Assembly (NCBI RefSeq): GCF_036588685.1
Contig: NC_086378.1
Location: forward strand, 17,670,001 to 17,734,000
DNA: 64,000 nt
Direction of reading: 5' to 3'
Source: Mytilus trossulus
Taxonomy: Eukaryota
In this document: piece by piece, positions 37,171-52,784 of the stretch
How positions within the stretch are numbered: the stretch's first letter is position 1
How the letters are laid out: each line of letters opens with the position of its first letter
The notes under the pieces: model-generated
The model's database searches: none
Told to the model about the DNA's origin: nothing
Seen by the model: only the letters and a program-made list of their open reading frames with translations
Program-made: the position numbers and the translations under genes

Positions 37171-40100
37171 ACTACTAATCAGTCAGTTTGTAAGACATAT
37201 ATCTTATGTTTATATCTTTATATCAGGGATGAACTGTAATAATTTTTTTACAGGAAAACAAAGAACAAAGATAAATATAGACCAACAGTTAGTAATGTCG
37301 CTACACTAAGTCCATTGGTGGTTGGATGTGTCTGATTGACATTTATGTCTGAGATAAAGATGCCTGTTTTTAGTTTTTTTAGTACTGTACGATATGTGCC
37401 TAGTGTTTTTGTTTTTTTTGAATGTATAAATATCCTGTTACGTCCGGTTTATATTTCGTTAGATATGTTTCTGTTCTACATCGATTTGACTAGTTTTGTC
37501 CTTTTCAACTGATTTTTATAGTTTGTTTCTATACCAGGATAGGTAGAAAACAAACTAGTTCCACCCGAACCCATCATGTCTATGTCTGCCTATTATCAGG
37601 ACCAATTAATTCAGCGATTGTCGTTTGTTGCTTTATATCATTTTGTTGTTCGTTCTTTATATTGTACATCAATTGGGGCGGATTTTTTTGTTTGTTCATA
37701 TATTTATTCATTTCGTGGCTTTTAAATATTTTTTACTAAATGTATAGGTTTTGCTCATTGTTGAAGGCCGTACGGTGACCATATAGTTTTCCGTGTATAT
37801 AATGAGAATATAATGAAACTTAAAATGCAAACTAGTCGTAGAAATAACACAAGAATGCGTAGCAACAGAAAAAAATAATTAATCAATCCGGTAAAAATCC
37901 ATCTGCCACCTTCACGCAACCACAGAATATGAAATGGTAGTTCCCCGATTTTGAGTTTAAAACTAGCATTTTTTTTCATCGGCCATGCAGCAACTTCCAC
38001 TTTTTCGATGACCAAGACAAAACACCAATTGTTTGAGAAAAAGTTTCATCAAAGAGTTTGATTGGCACCATTCAATCATTGGTTTTATAGAATGCTAAGT
38101 TATGCTCCAGTTAACCCGTTACCACAATCATTTACAAAATTTAGAAGTATTTGAAATACTAAGGCTTTTCTACCTCAGGAATAGATAACCTTAGCTGTAT
38201 TTTGAAAAACTTTCAGGAATTTTGGTCCTCAAACCTCTTCAAATTCGTATTTGGCCTTTTTAACTTTTTTCAATGAAGCGTCTCTGATGAGTTTTTTTGT
38301 AGACACAACGCGGGTCTGGCATATATACAAAATTTAGTCCTGGTATCTATGATGGGTTTATTTGCCTGGAGCAACACAGACCCAGACACAGTTTTTGTCA
38401 AGTATCTATAATATCTATAACAGTTGAAATACATTGTTTATTCCTAGAATAATACCGCCTCCATAACATTCAACTCCCACGAAAATGTATGGTTGATGCT
38501 TTAGACATTTGACAATTCTGATTGATCAATAGTATAAATTTAAGATCTTTGGAATTAATATTTGAAGTGCATACTTTACTTATTAAGTGTATACAATTTT
38601 CAGACATGCTTAGTTGTTACAAGGTGATTTAATAAATATCAACGTTGTACGATTTTGTTACACCTCTAATGGTGAAAATATTAACCTCTTTGAAAAATGT
38701 ACTATGAATCATTTCGAAATGTTTTTATGCTTTACATTATGTATTTCCTTGTTTACAAAAGTGCAGACTTTACAATTTTAATTTATTATGGAAATTTTGT
38801 GAAATCATAGGAAAGTTGAGATGTATTATGCATACAGGACACGTTTCAATCAATCGTATGTGTACTCAATAGACTTGATTTTGTACTTTTAGAATAAGCT
38901 AAGGTTTGCATTTACATTAAACACATTAGTTTCGTACGATTAATTTAACTAGCTCTGACTGTTGATATAAAAACATGGAACTTCCGGGTTAAATAAGGAC
39001 ATATATAATTTCAATTTATGTTTTTTTTTCTTTTTCAATTAATCTTTAAATCTTATTAAAATTAAAAGTATTTCCGTTGCGAAAAATGTAATTGCATGTT
39101 ATGTAACAAAAGCCAAAATATTTGATGTTGTTTTAATCAACACGAATGCACAGAAGTCACGTCAATAAGCTATAATCATCTACATGCACATGTGACGTAA
39201 TTTTTCAAAAAATAAATCAACTAATATTGATAAAAAGATATGCATCTAAGGACATGTTGTACGATTGCCAATAAGCCATCTATTACCCGCTGATCAAATG
39301 ACGGGGTTGTAAGTTATAAGTTCAAGTAACAGGTAACATAAAAAAAAAAAATCGAAGCCAAATAATTCAAAACCTAAAGTTCCTAATCAAATGACATAAA
39401 TAAAAAAAAAAACTTAAGCACATCAACGATAAACAACAACTATCGAAATCATGACTTTGTACAGGAATTTTCCTAAGTAAAAAACGGTTGACAAAATCTG
39501 TTTTCATAGCCAGCTAAGTCTCTCACATGTATGACCGTCGCATCAAATTATATTATATCAACAACGGTCAGTGAACAAAACAATAGGACAAATTCGGTAA
39601 AATTGTCAAAAATATATGAACAGCAGATAACAACATGTTATCATATAAATCACTATAAAAACAAACAAAGATTTAAACAAACATTTTCCATGGCACAATA
39701 ACACAATGACGGCATAGGCAGAGCCACGTCATTTGTAACAAAGAAACACAAAAAGGGATATAGACATATCATATAAGCAAAAATTAAGACAACTTTACAA
39801 ACAGTATCATCGAAAAATAACAAAATGACGGGAAGTTTCAGCACAGAGCCACGTCATATGTACAACACAAACGCAAAAAAAATAATATTCATAAAGCTTA
39901 TTATCGCCATTTTGTTCATTTTACCTTTGATCGTTTTTTTGTGATAATTTTTCATGTTATGCTACACTCTTGAGATGGAAAATTATCGCTAGAAACTATG
40001 TAGGCACGTGGCGTTGCTAACGAAATTGATAATATAAATTATCGGTCGTCCCACTGTCTATATCACCCTGTTCAGCTCTTAATATTATACCGTATCATGT

Positions 40101-40274
40101 CTGTGTGACGTCAAATACATTGACCCGGCCTTAATGACTTTGACCCGGACATATCATCGACGTCATAATGTTTGAACAAACGTTAATAATTTTGACCCGA
40201 ACTTATCAAGTCATCTTTTGTGTGCTGGTAAAACAAAGAAAACACTTCTGAATCACGCAAATATAGCCTGATAA

Positions 40275-40441
40275 ACCGATTATCAGATTATCTGCATACT
40301 GATATTGTAAAATATCAGCTGCTTGACATCATATGAAGGCTTTTTGATCTCGTTCGCTTCGCTCACTCGACAAAAAGCTTCATATCATGTCTCGCAGCTG
40401 ATATTTTACGATATCAACATGCCGATAACCTGATCATCGGT
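40275..40441. repeat. Imperfect palindrome of about 165 bp (foldback, MITE-like)
   Basis: Arms accgattatcagattatc...aaaatatcagctgc..gacat.atatgaag..ttttt and their complement around gttcgcttcgctcac. Confidence 0.85.
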
Positions 40442-41149
40442 ACATACAAGACAAGAATTCAAAAAGTATCACAGAACAATAACACATAAAACATATTATA
40501 CTATACAGTAAGGTTTAAAAATCCCCCAGATGATAAAAATAAAAATGATTAAAAAGATAAAAAGTATTTTATTTTCATTTGATTTATTCTAAAATGACCG
40601 AACCAAAAACTTACACGACAGACATCGACCAACGATAAACGCTGAAGTGAGACAGCTTACTTTGGACAGGCCCATAAAAGACTGTGGCGGGGTTTAACAT
40701 GTTTTAGTGCTTTATAAAATTTAGAATGGAAATGGGGGATGGGAACCCTTCTTTAACCTGGGAAAGTGGTGACACAACAGTACATATGACCAAACTGTGT
40801 AAATCCATCAGAAATGGCTTACCTGATTACAAGTAGTTTAGTTTTGAAGCAAACAAAAAAGCAATTTAAGAAAGATCAAAGGACACGACAACCGATCTCG
40901 TTGTAAATAAAAGCTATTTCGAATGCAACATAATAAACAAGTAAAATTAAATAAGACACGAAATTGTGCCTGCCAAAAATCATCCCTTCATTTTTTTGTA
41001 GATTATTTTAATATTTGTGAAAGATTGGTTTAGTGACTATGATAAGGAACAGTTCAAGCTTAGTTTATAATGAAATAACATGTTCTTGAAGATAGACGAG
41101 AAGTCTCGTTTTCCATGTTAAACTTGTGTTTACTTTTAGCAATGGTTGT

Positions 41150-42000
41150 CCAAGAGGACTGTAAGGCAATACGTACGATTTCGTCATAATCTGCATTATT
41201 CCAAGATAGCTACAACGCCACCTAAGCAAGTCATACAAAAAAGGTTATTTCGTGAAGTTTAAGGATACTGCTAACTTCTTTTCTTCATTTTAAAAAGTTA
41301 TGGTATGAAGTCAGCCTCCTAAGTAACAATTAATCAAGAACAGAAGTCGGTGCGAATGGAAATGCCGATTATTTGTTGTAAAAAGCACGTTCTCAAAATG
41401 TAGCAATTATGTTATTGATAATAACAATCCTGCATTTTGATAATTCCATTTCAGAGGATTTTGAATTAATCAGAGTGATTTCTATATTTTTGCAAGATTA
41501 AAGAGTCTTAGATTGTATATACTCTGAAATAATTAAAGGTATCAATATCGGATTCACGCCACCTCTAGAATGTGTAGTACACAATAACTGTGGATTCCGA
41601 TACATTAATGTTGATTACTTAGAAAGAGGTTGTGTGGGCACTTGTAAGACTCAGTATTAAAACGTTGGTTGTAAGGACGGACACCCAATACAACGCAGGG
41701 AGATCCAATTCCTCATAATAGGTTTATATTTCAAATTAACATATTAAAGACCTGTATATCCTCTTTTTGTTTTAACTGTCATTGAGGTATATGATAAGTA
41801 TTCAAGTAAATTGTCAATACCTAATGCATTTATCTAGCACTTTATATAATTTGATTAACAAATAAAATTGATGTAGCTCGTATTTCCTTATCTGCATGGA
41901 CAACAGAATTTTTGTCAAAGAGGTAGAACAAGTGTTTTTGCAACATTTGGGTCTTTAACGATTGGAATTGGATGGGTTTTCATATACTCATTCATTTCTT
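41150..42000 (-). mobile_element. Highly degenerate Penelope-like RT
   Basis: Remnant motifs DK..VVHADK, DLPALYW, PYNQRF, KC.T.PLSK and QQIIGI in the expected order. Confidence 0.55.
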
Positions 42001-43154
42001 CTAATTCTTATTTTTATTTACGACCACACAATCCTAATATTTTTCCTTATTTCTTATTGTGCTTACAAATAAAGCAGACAAACAGATGTAGGCAGTCTAA
42101 AGCTGTACAAAACATGACTTTGTAAATATTATCAGTCCAAAATATGCACTAATGAAAGTAATAATCAACACAATGATAAGACGACTATTAATGTGAAGAA
42201 ATTCGGCAGTGTTTACATTCAAATTGTCACTTTTGTTCGGTGGTAAAAAATGTAACGTTCAATCACCATATAAGCAATGTGAAGTGGTAATCCAAGGATC
42301 AACATTTTGCAAAGTTGCAAGTAGAACAGCTTTTGCAGCAATGTTATTGTGTATCACATGCAGTTATAGTGATTTGTTAAACTAGTTGACCATATTATTG
42401 CGTGTATCCGAATCAATTAGAGAAACGTAAGAATTATCTTGACGACAAGAATCCAGTTTTGATTTAAAACTCTGCAGTTTAAGCTTAACGTCCAAACGTT
42501 TTTTTTTTTTTTTATTGTTTTACATTTATCATGTTTGAATCTTTGAAAAATGGTATCTGGTTGTAATATGTCTTATCGACAAGAATGCTTCATCTAGCCT
42601 TTTCAATAGTCGTCTGGCGCGAAAAGGGCGAGTACTCAGTTTTAGAATTTAATATTTTTGGAGACGGTCAATTTCTGGAGTTTCATGCGTTACCATAACG
42701 ATTTTTTCCTTTAGCCGTCGACGACAGAACTATTGCTGCATTCTTTGACAATAAGGTATGATTAACAAGGCAGTATTATCAATGTACCATCGTCGTATCA
42801 TTATATGTTAGTAATGTAAGATACCTGAATTAATTGTAAATTTGGCAAGGACAATATATCACTTCCCCTGAAAACATGATTTTGAAAATTATCACTTATC
42901 GGCATCTCCGGGCGGCAAACCAGATCAATTTTTTGATGATCTCTACTCCAGAATTCTGATTGTTATTAATTGCTACATATTACCGTTATCTTTTTAAATC
43001 AATGTTTGTTTACATTATCAACAAATGTGAGTAACAGTCTAGGTCGTGTTGTCGATCGAAGTGTATATCTTGTTCGAAGCCATTATTTGTTTCTGGTACA
43101 GGTTGGCAGTTGTTAATCAACAATAAAGTTGTTGCAACTAAAACACTATCTTCA

Positions 43155-43174
43155 GTGTGTGTGTGTGTGTGTGT
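43155..43174. repeat. (GT)n microsatellite
   Basis: About 10 GT units. Confidence 0.9.
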
Positions 43175-46100
43175 TTGCAGTCTTTCTAATTAGTAATTGT
43201 TTATCAAAAAAAGTTTTTAAATACATTTGGAATACAAGATTGTCATGTTATTGTTATTTTCCTGTTTTAAAAATAGATATTTTGTATGTCTATATTTAAC
43301 GATTAACATGCCACTTTTTAGTACATATTTGTTAAATGGAATATATATTACTGTTTTGGATTTATTGTTAAAGATAATTATTTATGTTCTAAAGTTCAAT
43401 ATTTGCATTGTTGCTTATCATTTATAACCTTTGTCGAAAGACTTAATAGTTTTATATAAGTTGTTTGAAAAAATATTGCTGTATATGGTTGTTGGCATGA
43501 GTGAAATTGACTGCTATGTTATTCTACTACTGTTGAATGACGTTCAATCCGACTAGTGGAAGCTGTGCTCTGCCGGATGCTTTCTTTATTATTAGAGTTA
43601 TTCAATGCTACATTTCTCTAATTTTGGTGTACATAATGAAAAATGTACTATTGAATAAATTATATAGTTTTCTTTTTTTTTAATTTCAAAAGTGCTGTTA
43701 AATTCGGCATCCATCGTATTTTAATTGATCAGTTGTCAAATTAGACCAATCTGTGGTCTGCATCCTCTGCATAATTGATTCTTTTACATACATGTCGGAC
43801 CCCACTCCCTTATTTCTTTAATGGCTTTTAGATATTTGGTGGACAGGGGGAATTGATTCCCAGTTCCCTCCCCAAATTCTTACTTCACTCCATATTCTGT
43901 TCCTCAGTACTGCCTGAAGCTTTTATTCATCAGATTTTCATTTATAGTTCTCTTATTACATAGTTCCTATAATTCTGTCCACAACCTTATCAGTGTCACA
44001 ATGACTCGCACCCATTACAAACCCATCATTTGGCGACAAATTATATTATACTACCTGATTTGTTTCCTAAAGGCAAAAATTACTAGTCAGTTTTGTTTGC
44101 TTTAATAATGGCCATTTTTTTCCACACATCTCGTTTTTAACTCCCATGCATATTTTTTACTATCAATTATATGCCTTAACGCACACAAAACAAACTATCT
44201 TTTTTACAAAACCACAAATATTACATAGGAAATACATATTAAGGTTTTTTTTATTAAAGTTTACTTTGTGAGCCCAACGTGAGGAATCAATTATAAAACA
44301 TGGGTAAGCAAAAGAAATATCTAGATGTTTTGAAAATGGACTATAATTGATGATTTATCCCCTACACGACTTGTCTCTCCTGGGATTTAAACACATTGAA
44401 ATTGGAGATTGAATTGTCTCCCTTTGATAACAGTTAGTACCAAAGAACGATTATTTGTTTATTTATTTTTTATTGATTAACAATAGTTAAAAAGGATAAT
44501 ACTTTCAATTTCAAGGTCTCACAAAGACTTTTTCACCTATTATTCTAATTTTACATTAAAAACCAAAATTTTGATAAAAAGACTACAGTTCATTGACTTA
44601 CTTTTATTCAAATTACTTGTGAATACAGAACCGTTTGCTAAAAGTTTAAATAACTTGCGATAACGTAGTTCTTGACTGAATTATTTGCCAGATGCACTAA
44701 GATATTCCAACGGCAAACCCGAGCAGAACGAATGGTTTTGAGAAATATACACAATATAAATAGAAGTATTACTGTCCAAAAAATAAATATATCAGTCCAC
44801 CAGCAGAGCCATCGACCTAACGGTAGTAATAACGTTAACGTTACAAAGTATATTGGTCCACCAGCAGAGGTATCGACCGAGCGGTAGTAGTAACATAAAC
44901 CGTACAATTGAGCTACACCAGATTCGCATTTTATCAATCAGTTACGAAGACCTAGGATAATATTGGGAAACTTTATCTTTTCGCAACGAGATGATAACGA
45001 ATAAAATAAGGGATAAAATGTTCAGTCTATAATAATCATTGTGTCTTTTTCATGATTTTTTTTACACTTCAGTAGAACTGAAAAGCAATATATTTGTTCG
45101 TTTTGAATTTGTCTCTATTGCATTATGCTGTATTTGCAATTATAATTTACCATATAATCAATTAGGGATGTCTTAACTACAAAATAAAATTTGATCAATG
45201 AGTTCGACTGGTTCCGTTCTGAGATGAATAAGTATTGTTAGTATATAATTCAATCAAGATTTGTAATTTGATGTAGATTCAGTTTGTTGTGGGGTCAAAA
45301 ATTATAATGATTTCTCGGGAGTCACGAAATGGATGCGTGAATATACAAATATGTATGTCGTCCTAGCCGATGAATACTCAGATGTTGAAGAAGTTAATAA
45401 ACATCCAAAGACTTTATCTGTGCCAGAATTAGACAACACTTAGTTTACCTTTTGGCCTTCTACATTTTAAGATTTGAATACCACTGATAAAAATCTATTA
45501 AACGAATTTTTGATTTTCATAAATAACATTCACTATCTTACATGTTTTAAAGGCATTCGAGAAAAGGGATTTTTCATTGAAATAGTATTCACGGACGGTT
45601 AATGATATTTTTTAGTAATCAAAGGGCACCACGTACAATTTCGTTCCACAAACATAGAGCAAATAAAAAATTCTTGAAAATAACACAGCTATTTGCATAT
45701 CATTTTCAATCGTAAAATCATAAATCATATCGACCTGCGCAGAGGGGAAACACAAAAAAAAACTATAACTGTTCAAAACGCAAAATAAAATTTAGGTAAC
45801 ACGGGAAAGTGCTTTTTTTTATCATTGTTTATATTGATTTATTTTATAATATACACAATTAACAATTCATCGAACAATACAAGTAGGAAAATTATTAATG
45901 CAAGCATTGCTTCCTTGTTCGTCATGACACAAGCAACGATTGGTTGTTTTCGTCAGGAATGGAAGAGAAAACAAGCGTCCTGGTTTATGTTTTTTAATTA
46001 AATGAAACAAAAACGAAATCAATGAGAGTAGTTAACATTCTTGTGTCTTATATAATATAGCATAGATTGTTTCTTATATGAATGAAACTACTACATATTT

Positions 46101-47439
46101 CTAAACAAAGATTTATTTATAGTTATGTCTATAACTTTTGATCTACATACCTACCATGTTGTTATGGCACCTTTATATTCGCATCATTAAATTGATTCAT
46201 GTTCAGTTTTTTTTCAGGTTATGAATAATGCAGGTGTATTGAAGATATGGTTGTTATCATTCAATGCTACCCAGGTTGATACTCTATCGTTATATAAATG
46301 AAATGGTGTATTTTCATTGTGTTTTATTTGATATTTCCGAATACAGCGATATCCTACTGTTGCCTTTATTACAGCATTACTAATTTTATGATTAAGTATA
46401 GATTAAAACAATGTGCATTCTATTACACCATTCTGGTACAAAATTGACATTTTTCTTATACCTTTCAGTGTCGTGTTTTCAGTGCTCTCCCACCAGCCAA
46501 TTAAAGGAATATCTAGTTATTACACAATTAAAAATATAAGTAGATTTAACTTTGCACCTTCAAAAACGGACGCAGTGTTTAAACTATTAATTATACAACT
46601 ATATTGCAGTTAGACCTAGACTGATCTAACATTTTCCGGTTTCATACTGAACTAAAAAGAGCACACTATTTATATGTTTTTCGTTCATTTTTTACATAAA
46701 TAAGGCCGTTAGTTTTCTCGTTTGACTTGTTTTACATTGTCTTATCGGGGCCTTTCATAGCTGGCTACGCGGTATGGGCTTAGCTCATTGTTGAATGCCG
46801 TACGGTGACATATAGTTGTTAATGTCTGTGTCATTTTAGTCTTTGGTGGATAGTTGTCTCATTGACAATCAATCACATCTTCTTTTTTATAGTTTCGCTC
46901 GGTTTTGTTCGCATCATTAACACCTCATTATCGTTTGTATTCAAATTAGCTCGATTTTTTCAATACAAAATGGTTGCAAAATAACTGTTGGTGTACGTAC
47001 GTAAACATTTTTGACGAGAAATTAACCATCAGAATGGCTTTATAATGACGTTCTGTTGTATAATAAAAACAAACCCACTTATCCAAAATCAGGACACACC
47101 AGCATATAACATTACCAACTCACTTACAGCGGAACTTTAACATTTAACTACTATAATATATAAAGTAAACAATTGTCCTGGGTGATCTTATATGGGTAAT
47201 TTTCAGAATATGTCGAATTGTGAAACTGAAAAATTTATTAAAAACTACTTCTTCAAACAACCCTCAACATAGGCAAATCAACACACACAGTACTTTAAAA
47301 ACAACATAGTAAAAGATGCAATCTTAATGATGTCACACAAGAATATCTTGAAACATTTTTTGATCGGTGATACAATATTTTGTCTATCCTGTTACCATTT
47401 TCAAAAGAAATTTTGGTTATTAAGAAAAAGAAGAACCTT

Positions 47440-47760
47440 TGATAACTAATTAGATAAGGTAAGTCCTCCGATTTGGTGTTCAATGTAATGTTTATTGAAG
47501 CCATAAAGAACTTGTGATTTGCTAAAATATCATCCTTGTCAAATGATATGTATTTGTATGTGGGATTACCTGAGTACTCCGTTATACCCAATTCTTTCTG
47601 AAGACATTCGTAGTAATACCATTTACATACAAAGACAATATAATTTGAAGCTTTTGTCCGCAGGAACAACAACATATCATGAAGAGTTGATAGACATTTC
47701 ATGGCCTCTTTGTCTCTTTGTTATAAACACGCTATTGTAGCTAGCTTCTTCCTATTTGGT
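47440..47760 (-). mobile_element. Penelope-like RT N-terminal fragment
   Basis: KCLSTLHD/VVPADKASN.IVFVCK.YY..CL.KELGI...GNPTY...DLPYL, with a frameshift. Confidence 0.7.
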
Positions 47761-49916
47761 CTATTAAAAGGTAATATAGAAGAAGTTTTGAGTTATCTTT
47801 CGTTCAATAGTATTAAAACAAATAATGCACATATAATTTTTCTTCTAACTAGAGGTTAATGTTGAATTATTCTTTGATTTTTAATATCGACACTGCTATG
47901 AACTTACAAGAATAACAGTGGTCATATATACACACACACACACAATTTGTTTAGGCGCCAGCTGAAGGACGCCTCCGGGTGCGGGAATTTCTCGCAACAT
48001 GGAAGACCTGTTGGTGACCTTCTGCTGGTGTTTTTTCTATGGTCGGGTTGATGTCTCTTTGACACATTCCACGTTTCCATTCTCAATTTTAATTAAATAA
48101 AGATAAATGCTAAGATGATTTTTTTTATTTTCATATATAGCAAAATCAAATTCTTTACAAGACTGAAATAAACCAATTTGCAACCAGTATGTAACTGTTC
48201 TATCTTAACGATTTGAGCAATAATACTTATTGATAACACAGTATACATGAAATAAGGGCTTCTTTACTCATAATATTCCCAATCATTATTTGAAGAAGTC
48301 GTGTACTGGTTATTTTTGTGATGATAATAGTACTTTTTGCGTGTATTATTATTGGTTTTCTAATGTCAATAATCGTGTTTCAATCCGTGCATTGTTGTTG
48401 TACATAGGTTTTGGTATAATTTTTGGACAACCCCGAATTAAATTTCGCAACTGTTAATTCTCTGCATCTTAAATAGATGTACATTGTCCCTGGCCAAGAA
48501 ATAACGTATTGACTTTGCTTTTTTGTTTACCATTGAGACCTGAAGATTTCTTGATTGTTGCCTCTGTTTAACTTATAACATCAACTTAATAGTTAAAGGA
48601 GACGAGATAAATAGAAAAATCTGTATTGTTCACGCAATTCATTTTTTTTCTCAGTCAGATTTCTCTAATTACTACTTCACTTAGATATGAACTAGTATTA
48701 GATTTTCATTGTTATTAATAAATGTTATATCAAATTGTCAAATTTGATTTTGAATTCTCTCCAATTCCATCTTTTATTTGAGAAATTGTTTAGATATTTT
48801 AATGTGTCGTCACTTTGTGCGTTGATGGCTTTGGCTATCTGGACTGTGGATCTTTATTTGCTGGTTTATGTTGTTCTATGTAATGTATCCGTTTTTATTC
48901 TGTAGTAAGTCACTACTTCGGTTTTATCATGTTTATCTATAGAATTTACGGTAAGTATAAGTATGAATTATTTTAAATAATAACGATGTTCTTATCCCAG
49001 GCAGAAAGTCCTAGCCGTATTGTGCACAATTTTTTCAATTGTGTACTTGTTTTTGCTTTCGCACGTTTTTCATTTGAGCGTCACTGGTAATTTTTTTTAG
49101 AGAAATTTAGGTTTTTGACGTACGTTTGTCTCCCTTTTCCCATTAAGATCAAATCTCTTTAAAATAGAGTATTCCACGAGCGAGAGTTAAGTACACTTGT
49201 CTTATATCTGAACATACGTAAACAAAAAGCAAACTTTGCTCGCAGGGTACACAGGTATATTTAGAATGATATACAGTTAACAATGATACTGTTTTCGTAA
49301 AGAGTTTCTTTTCAACTAATTTGTGAATATAGCGTACCAGAGAGTATACGGGAAAATGAGTTTTGAACATACTTAGTCTAAAAAGGACCTTGTACAAGTT
49401 CAGTAATTTAGGTAAATATATACATGTAGGTTGTACATAGTGTCTTTATAATAATTAGGCATATTAAAATACCTGGATTATTTGATCGATTTGGGTGTTA
49501 TTTTATTTGATTGCCATTAACATGAGTAAGGACTTTTGTTAATATTGGTAAGATTACCAAACATAATTTTTTGTCTTATTGATAACTCAGCTTTTATTGA
49601 CTTTTCAATGAATGATATGTGTCGCGTGTGCCACAATCTTACAAAAAAACCTTTTACCTGGAAAATTCGTTATGGCAAGTGAAAAAAAAAACATATGGCG
49701 GTGTGTTAAATTTGCCATGTTTAGAATCCCTTGAAGGATGCAGATTCAAGAGGGCCAACAGGTGTGTTACAAACGGACGGACCTACGGACCGACAGCGCA
49801 ATGGAAGATTACATTGTGTTACTATTACCATTCGAAGCATCCCTGATGAAAGGTTATAACTCTGGAAAAGAGAAGGGTATTGTAGATAATCCAGACTACA
49901 ACAATCTTTGTTAAAT

Positions 49917-50145
49917 GAGGGCCCTCATGGGGTTTTTGATTATGTGATTACTTGGTCGTTTTTTTAATGATTATTTGATTATTAAGCCTAATATTTCATG
50001 ATTATTTGATTACCTAGGACTGTATTTTTAGTTTATGATTATTTGATTACTAAGGATAAGCAAATATTTAATGATTATGTGATTATATTGGCAAAAAAAA
50101 TGGTGATTATGTGATTATTACTAGGACCCCCCCATGAGGGGCCTC
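49917..50145. mobile_element. Small MITE with internal tandem gattat(t/g)tgatta repeats
   Basis: Ends GAGGGCCCTCATGGGG / CCCCATGAGGGGCCTC; about six internal repeats of roughly 30 bp. Confidence 0.7.
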
Positions 50146-52145
50146 TTAAATAGTAAAACCGTGGTTCTAAAGTGGTAGATAAGTAACTGGGGCGGATACA
50201 AAAATTTCAAAAAGAGGGATCCAGATACAAAAAAAATGTCTCTTTTATCGCAATATTCACGTTTTTTTTTTGTTTTTAAAAAAAAAAAAAAAATCCAATC
50301 GTAGATCCCCACCACTGAGTAAATTATTTGTAACTGTTTATCCGTTGTACTTGGTAAGCTTACGGTGACCTATAGTTGTAAATGTTTGTGTCAGTTTGGT
50401 CTTTTGTGGATAGTTGTCTCATTTGCAATCATTCCACATCTTCTTTTTTTTATATTGCATTGTCTGCAAGCAAACTACCGAAAGTGATGCGCAAGATTTC
50501 ATAATTGATGACCCTAACCTTTGCCTTTTTAGTTGTTTATTACCATTTTTATTATTTATACATTTAAAAAAAAAATTAAATTTCTTTTCTGATTCATAAT
50601 TTTTTTTTAAATGTATAAATAATATATTATTATTGTTCAGTACACAACTCGTTTTCTAGACAGTTATTGTGTTTCGAGTACTATAATCACGAGACAAACG
50701 TTTAGTTATTAAACTTGTTTGTTTTAAATTAAACTTGATGAACAAAAATGTTTTCGAAGTGAAAAATTTGACGATAGTTACCAATAATTAGACTGATACG
50801 GCCAAATCGAACCGAAAAGTCTTAAACATGTTAAATGACTGAGAAACAAAAAAAATAATGTTTAGATTTTTCAGTTTTTACAGTTCAACTTTCAAATCAC
50901 AATCCGTTCTGTAATGTATATCAGTTTAGTCTGTTTAAACTCACTCATCTCTTACCACTCACGAGTTGGTATGAAAAAAAGAAAAGGAATCGTCCTTTCT
51001 TAATTTACCTCAAGGACTGTAATTTGAAAAATAATTTGAAAAGGTTTTTAAACATTGACAATTTTATCTTGTAAGAACGAAATAAAAACAAATCTTGCAT
51101 GGCATTATTCTCCAACCATAGAAACATCTTGTTTTTCATCAATATCATTTATAAATTCAGCCCTTCTCTTTGCAAGTCCAACACATAATTCAACAATACA
51201 CGAGAGTTTACCTTTACACTTATCAACCCTTCGAACTATAATTTTATCGACTTTTCAACATGTCGACTTGTCAAAGAGGGACAAAAGATACCAACGGGAC
51301 AGTCAACCTTCTAACCTTAGCACTTATCAACTTTGAAGACCTTTCTAAGGTCAACTTGTTAACCTTTCTAGTGTAAACCTGTCGACCTCTTACTCTGTCA
51401 ACTTATGTACAAACATCACTTAGCCGATTTACTTCTTAGTGTAAACCGATGGAACTACAGTACCGTTTATCTTAATTGACCCGATCCTATGAGGTATAGT
51501 CAGATAGTTGAACTGCTTTTGTCAGTTCGATAGAACGCCGATCACGCATACCTATTTGTATTCTGGTATAGTAAGGTCGATGATTTCCTCAGTCCCGAGA
51601 AGACGGAAGACGGATAAAAAGGAATGGAAAATATTGACATTCAAATACCTAAAACGTTTAAATTATTTTCCTATAAATGTTGATTTTTTATCTATTTTTT
51701 GGTAAACATTTTACCTTCGTTCGGCTTAATAAATGTTCATTGTTTTTAATAAGGACGCAACTAATTTATTTCAGGGGAGGGGGTGCATGGATAAACTTTT
51801 AAGGCGATTTCGATTGACCCTATTTTGTCCAGGCCCCTCCCAAATAGATACAATTGTTATGAAAAAAGCTAACGTTTAACGCATAAATATAGAATAACCA
51901 TATATTGTCTCAAAATATCAATGCTTAGAAACAGCCTCGCTTTGTGCCCGTTTCTAAGCCTTGTACAACTAAAATTGATACTTCAAGACAATTTATGGTT
52001 ATTTTGTATTTAATTTTTAATGAAGTCATTTTTTTTGGGGGGGGGGGGGAAGGGAGGTGACTTTTTCGTTGAATTTGTTTTATCAAAATTATCTAATGGG
52101 CAGAAATATCTTCATTTTAAATTTCCAGACCCACACCCCGCCCCG

Positions 52146-52179
<34 letters not shown>

Positions 52180-52784
52180 AATGGTCCGTGCCTGTTACAT
52201 GAATTTATTTCAGAAATAAAACAATATTATAACTATCCGACTGAAATTTTAAATACAGAAACCGGCGAAGGGAGACAATCACAATTTATTTTATGTCTTA
52301 AAAGTCCGATTAATTGTAAGCCTAAGTTTCTTGCGTTAACGTACGTAAGTTACGTTTAAAACATAAAATTCTCTGTTGGGACGAAACGCAAGTCTAGCGT
52401 ATAACATTTTAAACCTGGTACCTTTTGTTAGCTATTTTTCACGTGTTTCTCTGGCCTATATGTTCTCTCCTTTCTTTTTAATTGTAGACCTGTCATGTAA
52501 AGTTACCATTTTTATGTTATATCCAACATTGCCAAAATTGCGTGGGGTTAGGCATGTCACACAACCACTTTAATCTACCTTTTTTATTCTGAAAATGTCC
52601 TGTCCCAAATCAGGAAAATGCCCATTGTTATATCAGAGTTCGTTTCTGTATATGTGTGTTACATTTTAAAGTTGTGTTGAATGTTTGCAAAAGTATGAAT
52701 TACTCTTTATAATAAGGATGTTCTTATTCTGGGCGGAAAATCCTAGCTGTTTTTATGCACATTTTTTTTTTATCTTTCTGCCTA

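Noticed and set aside
52020-52359. Proline- and glycine-rich ORFs
   Set aside because: Translation of poly-C and poly-G runs
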